This document shows positions 1 to 8,338 of a stretch of 64,000 bases of DNA, in pieces. The notes beneath the pieces were generated by a model. The model made no database searches. It was not told the DNA's origin and saw nothing but the letters and a program-made list of their open reading frames with translations. Both the position numbers and the translations under genes were made by a program. This DNA comes from Kiloniellales bacterium (GTDB lineage: Bacteria > Pseudomonadota > Alphaproteobacteria > Kiloniellales > J153): contig DASWJP010000109.1 of NCBI GenBank assembly GCA_036397065.1, forward strand, positions 32,538-96,537, written 5' to 3'. Numbering within the stretch: the stretch's first letter is position 1; every line of letters starts with the position of its first letter.

Positions 1-90
1 TCTCGGCGGGTTTGAGAAACAGCGGCTAGTAAGGGCGGCCGCCGGCCTTCGGCTCTCAATCGTCAACGCACTCGCAAATATCACCGAAAT

Positions 91-121
91 GTGCGATAAA
101 TCATCAAAAGTGCGATAAATC
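91..121. repeat. Two direct copies of GTGCGATAAATCA (91-103 and 109-121). A tandem AACACATTC x2 follows at 151-168. Candidate operator or promoter region for the downstream oxidoreductase gene.
   Basis: Read directly from the sequence. AT-rich island in a GC-rich background, 75-150 nt upstream of the ATG at 242. Confidence 0.55.
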
Positions 122-241
122 AACAAACATCTTATATTGTTGCACACCGCAACACATTCAACACATTCCCTCGTTGCTGGCACGACGGGGCCGCCATAAA
201 TTCTCCTCGGCTGTAAACGTCACCCGAGGAAAGGCTTGGCT

Positions 242-2431
242 ATGGATCAAGGTCTGCTGGCGTGCGATGTGGCGTCGTCTGCTGCGCACCACGAAGTGAT
301 CGCCAGCATGTGCGGTGTCTGTCCCGCCGGGTGCGGCGTGAACGTCCACCTGTTGGACGGAAAGATCGATCGCCTCGTCCCGTTGAAAGGGCACCCGCTG
401 GGCATGGTGTGCCCGCGCGGGTCACGAGCCCCGGAGATCGTCTATTCCGACGATCGACTCCTCTATCCGCAGCGGCGCGTCGGCGATCGCGGCAGGGGCA
501 CGTTCGAGCGCATCACCTGGGACGAGGCTTATGAGATCTGGACGAGTGCCCTCCAGAGAATCGCTAAGGAGCATGGACCGGAAGCGGCCTGCACCTATTC
601 CGGCCGCGGCAATTTCGAATTCGGCCTGAACGAAGCTTTCGCGCCCACCGACACATCGGAGTCGTCGGCCAACGCGGTTCTTTTCCCGTTCGGCTCTCCC
701 AACGCCACCGGCGTCGGATCGCTGTGCTATGCAGCGCACGGAATGATCGCGCCAACAGCCTGCTTCGGTAGCCATCTGCGCTCTCTCTACGAGGATATCG
801 ATAACGCGGATCTGATTCTCGTGTGGGGCGCCAACCCGGCGACGGATTCGCCGCCGATAAACCTGCGGCGGATTAAACGGGCGCAAAAGCGCGGCGCGCG
901 CGTCATCGTCATCGATCATCGCCGGAGCGAAATGGTCCGCGCCACCCAGGGGGAATGGATAGGTGTGCGGCCGGGGACCGACGGTGCCTTGGCGCTCGGC
1001 GCCCTTCATGTCCTGCTTGAGGAGAGTCTCTACGACCGCGACTTCGTCGAACACTGGACTCACGGGTTCGCGGAATTGCGCGACTATCTGCGCGGGTTCT
1101 CGCCGGAACGCGTGGAGCAGATTACCAGGGTCCCCGCCGCGACCATCCGCGACCTTGCCCGCGCGATCGCCGGTGCGCGCGGCTGTGCCTTCGTGATGTA
1201 CACGGGATTGGAGTATTCGAACAGCGGCGTCCAGGCCATTCGGGCCGCGTGGATCTTGCAAGCCCTGGCCGGCCATCTGGATGTTCCCGGGGGAAAGCTA
1301 TTCCGGACCGGCGAGCGGATGCAACTGCATCGAAATCTGACCAGCCCGCCGGAGAATGCGCGCAGACCAATCGGCGCCGAGGAGTATCCGGCCTACCACG
1401 AAACGCGCCGGGAGGCGCACGCCGCGCTCCTGCCCCGCGCGATTCTCGAAGGCCGCCCCTATGCCGTTCGCGCGCTGACCATCAGCGGCGCCTCGGTGAT
1501 CACGGCCTGGCCGAACCCCGATCTATGGCGCCGGGCCTTGGCGGCGTTGGATTTCCTTATCATCGTCAACCGATTTCCGACGGCGGATGCGCAATTCGCC
1601 GATCTGCTGCTGCCAGCCGCGACATTGTTCGAGACCGAGTCGTACATGGTCTATGATGGGTACATTCAGCTCCGATCACGGGTGATAGAGCCCCTCGGCG
1701 AAGCCCGCAGCGACTATGTGATATTCGCGGAATTGGCGCGCCGGCTCGGTTACGAGAGCCTTTGGCCGATGACCGAGGAAGGCATGATCGAACATGCGCT
1801 CGGCGACAGCGGCATCACCCTCGAGATGCTCCGCGCGCATCCGGAAGGAATCCCGGTCGCGAAGCCGGAGATGCACTATCGAAAGTACCGGACCGGCAAA
1901 CTGCGCGCGGACGGCAAACCGGGCTTTGAAACGCCGACCGGAAGGTTCGAGATTACGTCCGAATGGCTGCGCGGACACGGTTATGACGCCCTGCCCGTCT
2001 ACACCGAACCGAAGGAAGGACCGCTTGCAACGCCCGATATCGCGGCGCGCTATCCCCTCGTCTTCAACTCGGGCGCACGCACCCAGTCCGCCTTTCGCTC
2101 CCAGCACACCAATATTCCGTCTCTCCTCGCTCTCCAGCCCAGGCCTTTGGTCAGCATCCACACAGACGATGCTAAGGCACGAAACATCGAAGACGGCGAC
2201 GAAGTCTTGGTCGAATCACCGCGTGGACGCGTGCGATTCTGGGCCCATGTCACCGAAAACATCCTGCCGGGTGTCGTCGAGGTCAACATGGGCGGCGGCG
2301 GGCCGATTGGCGCCGAGGCTTGGCGGCAAGCGAATGTCAACGAGCTGACCGATCTGCACAACTGTGATCCCATCTCGGGGTTTCCGGTCTACAAGGCCCT
2401 TTTGTGTGATGTCGTGAAAGCGGTGGCCTAG
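242..2431 (+). CDS. Molybdopterin (bis-MGD) oxidoreductase, DMSO-reductase superfamily, with an N-terminal 4Fe-4S domain. No signal peptide, so likely cytoplasmic.
   Basis: ORF 236..2431 has TTG at 236 and ATG at 242 preceded by GAGGAAAGG. Cys motif CGVCPAGCGV...MVCPRG at the N-terminus. Typical family C-terminus NELTDLHNCDPISGFPVYKALLCDV. Confidence 0.85.
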   Translation: MDQGLLACDVASSAAHHEVIASMCGVCPAGCGVNVHLLDGKIDRLVPLKGHPLGMVCPRGSRAPEIVYSDDRLLYPQRRVGDRGRGTFERITWDEAYEIWTSALQRIAKEHGPEAACTYSGRGNFEFGLNEAFAPTDTSESSANAVLFPFGSPNATGVGSLCYAAHGMIAPTACFGSHLRSLYEDIDNADLILVWGANPATDSPPINLRRIKRAQKRGARVIVIDHRRSEMVRATQGEWIGVRPGTDGALALGALHVLLEESLYDRDFVEHWTHGFAELRDYLRGFSPERVEQITRVPAATIRDLARAIAGARGCAFVMYTGLEYSNSGVQAIRAAWILQALAGHLDVPGGKLFRTGERMQLHRNLTSPPENARRPIGAEEYPAYHETRREAHAALLPRAILEGRPYAVRALTISGASVITAWPNPDLWRRALAALDFLIIVNRFPTADAQFADLLLPAATLFETESYMVYDGYIQLRSRVIEPLGEARSDYVIFAELARRLGYESLWPMTEEGMIEHALGDSGITLEMLRAHPEGIPVAKPEMHYRKYRTGKLRADGKPGFETPTGRFEITSEWLRGHGYDALPVYTEPKEGPLATPDIAARYPLVFNSGARTQSAFRSQHTNIPSLLALQPRPLVSIHTDDAKARNIEDGDEVLVESPRGRVRFWAHVTENILPGVVEVNMGGGGPIGAEAWRQANVNELTDLHNCDPISGFPVYKALLCDVVKAVA

Positions 2432-2569
2432 CCCCGGCAAGACACATGCCTACGGAACAGCCCGGCCATAACGATAGCCGGATGCGTGGCTTGCGTGCCC
2501 CCTAACTCTCATTGTCGTTGAAGAGTGTGTCTTTGCGGGAGAGATGCTGGCGGCATTCCGGCTATCAGA

Positions 2570-3820
2570 TCAAGTGTCATTCGGAGGAGCGCCCAGTCGC
2601 GTGAAGCAATTCGGACTTTCGGGTGCCTCGATTCGATCGACCCGGCGCACGTAGAGCGCGGCCGCGAATCCCATCAGCGACGAAAACAGCATCATGCTCA
2701 AGAGCGGATAAACCCCGTACTCTTCGGACATGAGGGCGCCGGTCATCGAGGACATCACGGCGCCGCCCCCGACCGTGAGCGCCCCCGAAAGCCCGGCGGC
2801 ACTGCCCGCGAGCCTGGGCCGCAGCGACATGACGCCGGAATTGCTGCTGGGCATGGTGAGGCCGTTGCCGATGCCGACACACATGCACGCCCCAAAGAGC
2901 GTGAGGACATGCACAACGCCGCTCAGAAACAGCACCAGACCGACGACGAGCCCGGTGCAGGCCACGATCCGGCCGGCGATTATCATCGTGGTGAGCGGAT
3001 ACCGCCGCGAATAGCGGCCGGACAGAAAGCTGCCCAGAAAGAAGCCGGCCGTTATGGTTCCCATATAGAAACCGAGGGTGGCGGACGATAGTCCGAACAT
3101 CGTCGTGGCGACCAGGGGAACACCGCTCATGAAGACGTAGAAGGCGCCCACCGAAAACGCCATGCACAGCGCATAGCCCCAGAACCGGCGTGACTGGACA
3201 AGCTCCGGATAGCTCCGGAACTGCTCGGCAAATGTCGCGGACGGCGTTTTGTTCGTTTCGCCCAGATCGATCCAGCACAGGCAGAAAATCGCGGCGCCCA
3301 CGCCCGCAAAGGCAACGAAGCTCGCGCGCCAGCCAAACAGGTCATCCAAGATTCCGCCGAACATGGGCCCCAGCATCGGCGCGACCGACCAGGCCATGGC
3401 GAGATAGCCAAGCAGGCTTGCCGCATCCTGTGCGGGCACCATGTCCCGGACCACGGCATTCGAGATCACCCAGCCGGAAACGATCGCGCCTTGCAGAAGT
3501 CGAAAGAACAGGAACGTCCAGATATCGCTGGCCAGCATGCAGCCGAGCGATGCGAGAACGAAAATCACCAGCCCCGCCAGAATCACAGGCCGTCGTCCGA
3601 ACCGGTCCGACACGGGCCCCATGATGAGCTGCAACACCGCCGTCATGCCCGCATAGCCGGCAATCGACAGGTTTACGAGCGCGTAGTCGGCCTGAAACTC
3701 CGCCGCAATGTTTGCAAGCGAGGCCACAAACATATTGAGCGTCACCACGGAAAGCCCGGAGAGCAGGATCAGGGTGATCAATCTCGGCGGCGTCGTGGCG
3801 GAATTTAGCATGGATCCCAT
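2570..3820 (-). CDS. MFS transporter, Bcr/CflA drug-resistance subfamily.
   Basis: 12-TM-like hydrophobic profile. Motif GPVSDRFGRRPVILAGL is typical of MFS motif A. The start was trimmed to the ATG at 3820 (or 3811) because an intrinsic terminator lies inside the longer ORF extension. Confidence 0.8.
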   Translation of the reverse strand: MGSMLNSATTPPRLITLILLSGLSVVTLNMFVASLANIAAEFQADYALVNLSIAGYAGMTAVLQLIMGPVSDRFGRRPVILAGLVIFVLASLGCMLASDIWTFLFFRLLQGAIVSGWVISNAVVRDMVPAQDAASLLGYLAMAWSVAPMLGPMFGGILDDLFGWRASFVAFAGVGAAIFCLCWIDLGETNKTPSATFAEQFRSYPELVQSRRFWGYALCMAFSVGAFYVFMSGVPLVATTMFGLSSATLGFYMGTITAGFFLGSFLSGRYSRRYPLTTMIIAGRIVACTGLVVGLVLFLSGVVHVLTLFGACMCVGIGNGLTMPSSNSGVMSLRPRLAGSAAGLSGALTVGGGAVMSSMTGALMSEEYGVYPLLSMMLFSSLMGFAAALYVRRVDRIEAPESPNCFTRLGAPPNDT

Positions 3821-3858
3821 TCGGTGCGGGTACGCCCGGCAAAAACAACATTGAACAC

Positions 3859-3884
3859 AAAAAAACCCCCGAACATGTCGGGGG
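3859..3884 (-). terminator. Rho-independent terminator on the minus strand: CCCCCGA-ACATG-TCGGGGG followed by T7.
   Basis: 7-bp GC stem at 3866-3872/3878-3884. An A7 run at 3859-3865 on the plus strand reads as T7 on the minus strand. Confidence 0.75.
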
Positions 3885-4124
3885 CGCACGGGGGTATCGG
3901 TATGGTGTCCGTTACCGGCCCAAGCGCCATTCTCCCGCCACGATCATCGTCAATTTCATATCGAAATTCTCCTCAATGTGCCGATCACACGCTAAGTGCG
4001 ATGCCGGAAGGCGTCAATAGCCGTGTCGCCTGCCGAGGGTGAAACCGATTGTTCGGGGTGGTTAGGTATCTGCATTGGAGACACCGCCTCGGCTCAAACC
4101 CAGCCGTTTTCGTGCAGCATTAAC

Positions 4125-4868
4125 CTAGCGGGAAAAGATGCGGTCGACCCAGCGGGCGATGGCGCCGGCTTCGTCGGTCACCACCGGCTGCAGGGCGGCA
4201 CCGGCGATCTGGTCCATGCGGGTGCGCGGCCGTGGCGGCAGGTACTTGTTGACCGGGCGGCAGCCTTGTTCGGGCATCAGGTCGTAACCGCCGCGGGCGC
4301 GTACCAGGTGGCTGACATCGGAGTCCGGATCGCCCAGATCGCCGAAGCTTCGCGCGCCCGTGGGACAGGCGGAGACGCACGCCGGCACCCGGCTTTCCGG
4401 CGGCAGGTTCTCGTTATAGATCTTGTCGACGCACAGGGTGCATTTCTTCATCACCCCGGCATCCTCGTCGTATTCCCGGGCGCCGTAGGGACAGGCCCAC
4501 GAACACAGCTTGCAACCGATGCACATATCCGCATCCACCAGCACGATGCCGTCCTCGGCGCGTTTGTAGGAGGCGCCGGTCGGGCAGACGGTGACGCACG
4601 GCGCATCGTCGCAGTGCAGGCAGCTTTTCGGAAAATGCACGGTGCACGAGTCGCCACCACCATCCACAACTTCATAGCTGTGGATGCGGTTGAACCACAC
4701 GCCCGTTGGATTGGCGCCGTACGGGTCGTGGTCGGTCAGCGGCGCCGAATGACCGCCGGCATTCCATTCCTTGCAGTTGACCGCGCAGGCGTGACAGCCG
4801 ACGCAAATGTCCAGGTCGATGACCAGGCCCAGCTTCTTCTTCGGCGCGACGGCCGGCAGGGAGGTCAT
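4125..4868 (-). CDS. 4Fe-4S ferredoxin-type electron-transfer subunit (DmsB/PsrB/SoeB-like) of the adjacent molybdoenzyme.
   Basis: Four Cys clusters (CVGCHACAVNC, CLHCDDAPCVTVCP, CIGCKLCSWACP, CTLCVDK...CVSACP). The start MTSLPAV at 4868 overlaps the upstream stop in ATGA. The 956-aa track ORF is a false 5' extension. Confidence 0.9.
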   Translation of the reverse strand: MTSLPAVAPKKKLGLVIDLDICVGCHACAVNCKEWNAGGHSAPLTDHDPYGANPTGVWFNRIHSYEVVDGGGDSCTVHFPKSCLHCDDAPCVTVCPTGASYKRAEDGIVLVDADMCIGCKLCSWACPYGAREYDEDAGVMKKCTLCVDKIYNENLPPESRVPACVSACPTGARSFGDLGDPDSDVSHLVRARGGYDLMPEQGCRPVNKYLPPRPRTRMDQIAGAALQPVVTDEAGAIARWVDRIFSR

Positions 4869-7800
4869 GGGACCGGACCTTTTGCCGGTTTGCCGATGCG
4901 GTTGCCATGGCCCGGCCGCACGCCGCTCCCCGACGCGGCATGTTCGCGCCGGTTGCCCACCCATTCGAGATGCGTATCGGCGCCCCCGCCTGTTGGTCGG
5001 CGGTCGAATGCGGCACCATAGCGCAAGACCGCGGGTGCCGGCGGTTGTGCCGGTGCGGGCGGTATGGATGCGAACTGCGGTGCAGTTTCGCCCACCTCGG
5101 CGGGCAGGCATTTTTCCAGGCGCACCCGCAGGTCGTACCAGGCGGCTTGGCCGGTCACCGGATCGGCATTGGCATAGCGGTGGCCATCGGCGCGCGCCGG
5201 CAGCAACTCGGAGATGATGTGGTTCAGCAGGAAACCCTTGCTGGCTTCCGGTGCATCCGTATCCAGGCCCCAGGTGCCCCGGCGTTTGCCGATGGCATTC
5301 CAGGTCCACACCGTATCCGGATTGACCCCGTGCAGACGCTTGATCTGCGCCTTCACCCGGCCATGGGGCGAGATAATCCAGGCCCAATCGTCGTCGTTTA
5401 ACTCCAATCGCGCCGCCGTGCCGGCATGGACGAACAGGCGGTTGCGCGCGGTGATCTGGCGCAGCCAGGCGTTCTGCCCGCCCCAGCTGTGATACATGTG
5501 CATCGGCCGCTGGGTCACCGCGTGCAAGGGAAAGTCCTGGCCGGCGAAGGCTGCTTCCTCGAACGGCGGATACCAGATGGGTAGCGGATCGAAGGCGTGT
5601 TCGATGCGGGGCCGCAGGGCATCGGGCGGCTGCACCTCGCCATGGCCTTGCGCGGCCAGGCGGAATTTCTGCAAGGGCTCGGAATAGAGCTGCAGGACGA
5701 TGGGATCGGCATTCGGGATCCAGCCCATGCTCTGCGCATAGTCCAGATAGGCCCGGTTGGCGTGCTTGAAATAGATCTGCTCCGCCGGCAGGTGGTGCTG
5801 CCAGAAACCGCCGTTGCCGATGTAGCGTTGCAGTTGATCCGGATTCGGCGCGCCGCGCCCATGGCTGTCGCCATCGCCGCGCCAGCCGGCCAGGGGACCG
5901 ATGCTCGGCGCCCGCTCGTGATTGACCATGTAGTCGGCATAGCCGCCGGGGAACGATGCGGTGCCATCCTCCTTGGCAAAGCCCGGCAGGCCCAGGCGCG
6001 CGCCCAGGTCGATCAGCACATCCTGGAACGGCCGCACGTCCCGGTCCGGCTTGACCACCGGCTGGCGAATGGCATCCGCCGGCCCCTCGGCGCTGCAAAT
6101 CGGCCGGTCGAGCAGGGAGATGCAATCCCAGCGCTCCAGATAGGTGGTATCCGGCAGCACCAGATCGGCGTAGGCCACCGTCTCGGACGCATAGGCATCC
6201 GAATAGATGATCCTGGGAATCCGGTATGTGCCGTCCGCCCGCTTGCCGGTGAGGTAGCGCAACGTCTCGGGCACGTTCATGGCGCTGTTCCAGCCCATGT
6301 TGGCCATGTACAGGAACAGGACGTCGATGGGATAGGGATCGCCGGCCCAGGCATTGTGGATGACCATCTGCATCATGCCGTGGGCCGCCAGCGGGTATTC
6401 CCAACTGAACGCCTTGTCGATGCGCTTGGGCGTGCCGTCGGCGGCGACCAGCAGATCCTCCGGCCCGGTGGGAAAGCCCAGCGGCATACCGTCGAGCGGC
6501 GTATTCGGGGCAACCGTGTGCCCGGACGGCTTGGGCCCCGGCGGGCACGGGCGCGGGAACGGTGGCTTGAAGCGGAAGCCGCCGGGCACATCGATGGCGC
6601 CGAGCAGCATCTGCAACAAGTGAATCATGCGGCAGGTGTGAAAGCCATTGGAATGGGCCGAGATGCCGCGCATGGCGTGCATGGCCACCGGGCGGCCGGC
6701 CATGGTCTCGTGGCGCCGGCCGGCCGTATCGGTCCACGGCACCGGCAGATCCACCGTTTGGCGAAAGGCGGCATGGGCGATCTCGGCGGCGATGCGGCGA
6801 ATCTGCGCCGCCGGAATGCCGGTGACCGCCGCCGCCGTATCGGGCGCATAGTCGCTGGAGAGGAAACGCGCCGCCATCAACTGGAAGGCCGGCACCGCCC
6901 GGCGGCCGTTGGGCAGCTCGCAGGCACCCACCAGGCGCGGCGCCGCATCCGCATCGGAGGCGCGGCGCACCGCCTGCTTGGCGCCATCGAAGCACAAGGG
7001 CTCGCCCTCGGCGCTGCGGGCGATGCGCCCGTCCTGTGCCTCACCCGGCGCCTGAATCACCAGCCAGTGCGCATTGGTGTAGCGGGCCAGATAGTCCCAA
7101 TCGATCTGCTCGGCGCGCAGCAATTCGTGTATCAGCGCAGCAACGAACAGGCCGTCGGTGCCGGGGCGGATGCCGATCCACTCGTCGGCGATGGCGGAAT
7201 ATCCGGTGCGGGTCGGATTGATCGAGACCACCTTCGCGTTGCCGCGGGTCTTCAGGCGGCCCAAGCCCATCTTGATCGGATTCGAATCATGATCCTCGGC
7301 CACGCCGAAGAGCATCAGATACCGGGTATGCTCCCAATCCGGCTCGCCGAACTCCCAGAACGAGCCGCCGATGGTATAAAGGCCCGCGGCCGCCATGTTG
7401 ACCGAACAGAAGCCACCATGGGCGGCATAGTTCGGCGTGCCGAATTGCTTGGCCCACCAGCCGGTCAGGGATTGGGATTGATCGCGCCCGGTGAAGAAGG
7501 CCAGCTTTTTCGGATCGGTGCGGCGAACCTCGCCAAGCCAATCGGCGGCGGTTGCCAGGGCCTCGTCCCATTCGATTTCGCGAAATTGCCCGGCACCCCG
7601 CTCGCCGACCCGCAGCAACGGCTTGCGCAGCCGCGCCGGCGAGGTGTGCTGCATGATCCCGGCGGAACCCTTGGCGCACAGCACCCCGCGGTTGATTGGG
7701 TGATCAGGATTGCCCTCGATATAGCGGACCTGATCGCCCTGCAGGTGCACGCGGATGCCACACCGGCAGGCGCACATGTAGCAAGTGGTGCATTTCACCT

Positions 7801-7870
7801 GGTCCGCCACCTTGGGCGAAGTTTCGACCCGCCGCTTCTGGCTTGGCCGTGTGCCGCTGGATTGAGACAC
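4865..7870 (-). CDS. Large molybdopterin oxidoreductase catalytic subunit (about 1000 aa, PsrA/PhsA/SoeA-like). No TAT signal. Carries a Pro/Ala-rich C-terminal tail.
   Basis: GTG start at 7870. N-terminal FeS motif CTTCYMCACRCGIRV...LCAKG. The GGFCSVN segment is a candidate Cys Mo ligand. A C-terminal DPVTGQAAWYDLRVRLEK domain end is followed by about 70 extra residues. Confidence 0.85.
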   Translation of the reverse strand: MSQSSGTRPSQKRRVETSPKVADQVKCTTCYMCACRCGIRVHLQGDQVRYIEGNPDHPINRGVLCAKGSAGIMQHTSPARLRKPLLRVGERGAGQFREIEWDEALATAADWLGEVRRTDPKKLAFFTGRDQSQSLTGWWAKQFGTPNYAAHGGFCSVNMAAAGLYTIGGSFWEFGEPDWEHTRYLMLFGVAEDHDSNPIKMGLGRLKTRGNAKVVSINPTRTGYSAIADEWIGIRPGTDGLFVAALIHELLRAEQIDWDYLARYTNAHWLVIQAPGEAQDGRIARSAEGEPLCFDGAKQAVRRASDADAAPRLVGACELPNGRRAVPAFQLMAARFLSSDYAPDTAAAVTGIPAAQIRRIAAEIAHAAFRQTVDLPVPWTDTAGRRHETMAGRPVAMHAMRGISAHSNGFHTCRMIHLLQMLLGAIDVPGGFRFKPPFPRPCPPGPKPSGHTVAPNTPLDGMPLGFPTGPEDLLVAADGTPKRIDKAFSWEYPLAAHGMMQMVIHNAWAGDPYPIDVLFLYMANMGWNSAMNVPETLRYLTGKRADGTYRIPRIIYSDAYASETVAYADLVLPDTTYLERWDCISLLDRPICSAEGPADAIRQPVVKPDRDVRPFQDVLIDLGARLGLPGFAKEDGTASFPGGYADYMVNHERAPSIGPLAGWRGDGDSHGRGAPNPDQLQRYIGNGGFWQHHLPAEQIYFKHANRAYLDYAQSMGWIPNADPIVLQLYSEPLQKFRLAAQGHGEVQPPDALRPRIEHAFDPLPIWYPPFEEAAFAGQDFPLHAVTQRPMHMYHSWGGQNAWLRQITARNRLFVHAGTAARLELNDDDWAWIISPHGRVKAQIKRLHGVNPDTVWTWNAIGKRRGTWGLDTDAPEASKGFLLNHIISELLPARADGHRYANADPVTGQAAWYDLRVRLEKCLPAEVGETAPQFASIPPAPAQPPAPAVLRYGAAFDRRPTGGGADTHLEWVGNRREHAASGSGVRPGHGNRIGKPAKGPVP

Positions 7871-7910
7871 TCAGGGAGTCCCTGTTCTGCAAACGCGCGT
7901 CTGGGTGGAT

Positions 7911-8328
7911 TTATAGCTCGGTGGGCGGCTCATCATCCACTTCGACACGCGCCGCGGCAAGCGCCCGATCGATCAAGGCATCGGCAGAGCCAAGATGATG
8001 GGCCGGATCCTTGAGTTTCGCCCAATCGGACGTGGCCGCCGCCCGCCATGCGGATTTCGACCACGTCCGATTGGGCGAGCAGGATCAGATCCCCGGCCAT
8101 CTTGCCCAAACCATCGGTGAGCATGGCAATCCATCCGGCGATCTCGGCCAAGCCATCCCGTTGCGTATGCCAAGGCATCGGCGGTATGGGCAGATCGAGC
8201 AAGTCGGCCAGGGCCACCTCGACCGCCAGCATCGCCCGAATCTGCGCCTCGGCCGAAAACAGGCTGGCGACTTCCTCGTCGCCGAACAGACCGGAATGAA
8301 AGGGGTGTTCGAAGGGCGCGCCGCTCAT
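7911..8328 (-). pseudogene. pcaB: Relic of 3-carboxy-cis,cis-muconate cycloisomerase, made of three fragments with an internal in-frame deletion and a second deletion plus frameshift.
   Basis: N-terminal LFGDEEVASLFSAEAQIRAMLAVEVALA joins directly to mid-protein LPIPPMPWHTQRDGLAEIAG...LLAQSDVVE. A different frame then reads DWAKLKDPAHHLGSADALIDRALAAA, the family C-terminus. Only about 130 of roughly 450 codons remain. Confidence 0.8.
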
Positions 8329-8338
8329 GGGGCGCAGT

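Noticed and set aside
91-121. ModE-type molybdate-responsive operator upstream of a molybdoenzyme gene.
   Set aside because: The repeats are direct, not the inverted CGnTATATA-type dyad of known Mo boxes. The similarity is limited to a CGATA core.
178-195. TGGCAC hexamer resembling a sigma-54 -24 element upstream of the first CDS.
   Set aside because: The GC of a -12 element is one nucleotide too close (GG-N9-GC), and there is no TTGC. The spacing is essentially invariant in real sigma-54 promoters.
4125-6995. 956-aa ORF that appears to extend the FeS subunit far upstream. Analogous 5' extensions occur in 9537..11006, 28915..30423, 16243..17925, 35452..36936, 20510..22660, 24385..25605, 46808..48376, 53520..54857 and 40232..42949.
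   Set aside because: Only the 3' portions show family homology. The extensions overlap the preceding real gene in another frame. Internal ATG/GTG starts with an RBS or ATGA-type coupling fit much better.
5597-8014. 805-aa plus-strand ORF. Similar long ORFs lie opposite real genes: 40304..42514, 13245..14846, 20840..22567, 32175..33761, 54770..56200, 61850..63082, 59756..61429, 422..1276, 21018..22613.
   Set aside because: They lie antisense to, or out of frame with, genes that have clear family motifs. Their translations are Arg/Gly/Ala/Pro-rich low-complexity strings with no recognisable domains. These are the shadow ORFs expected in high-GC DNA.
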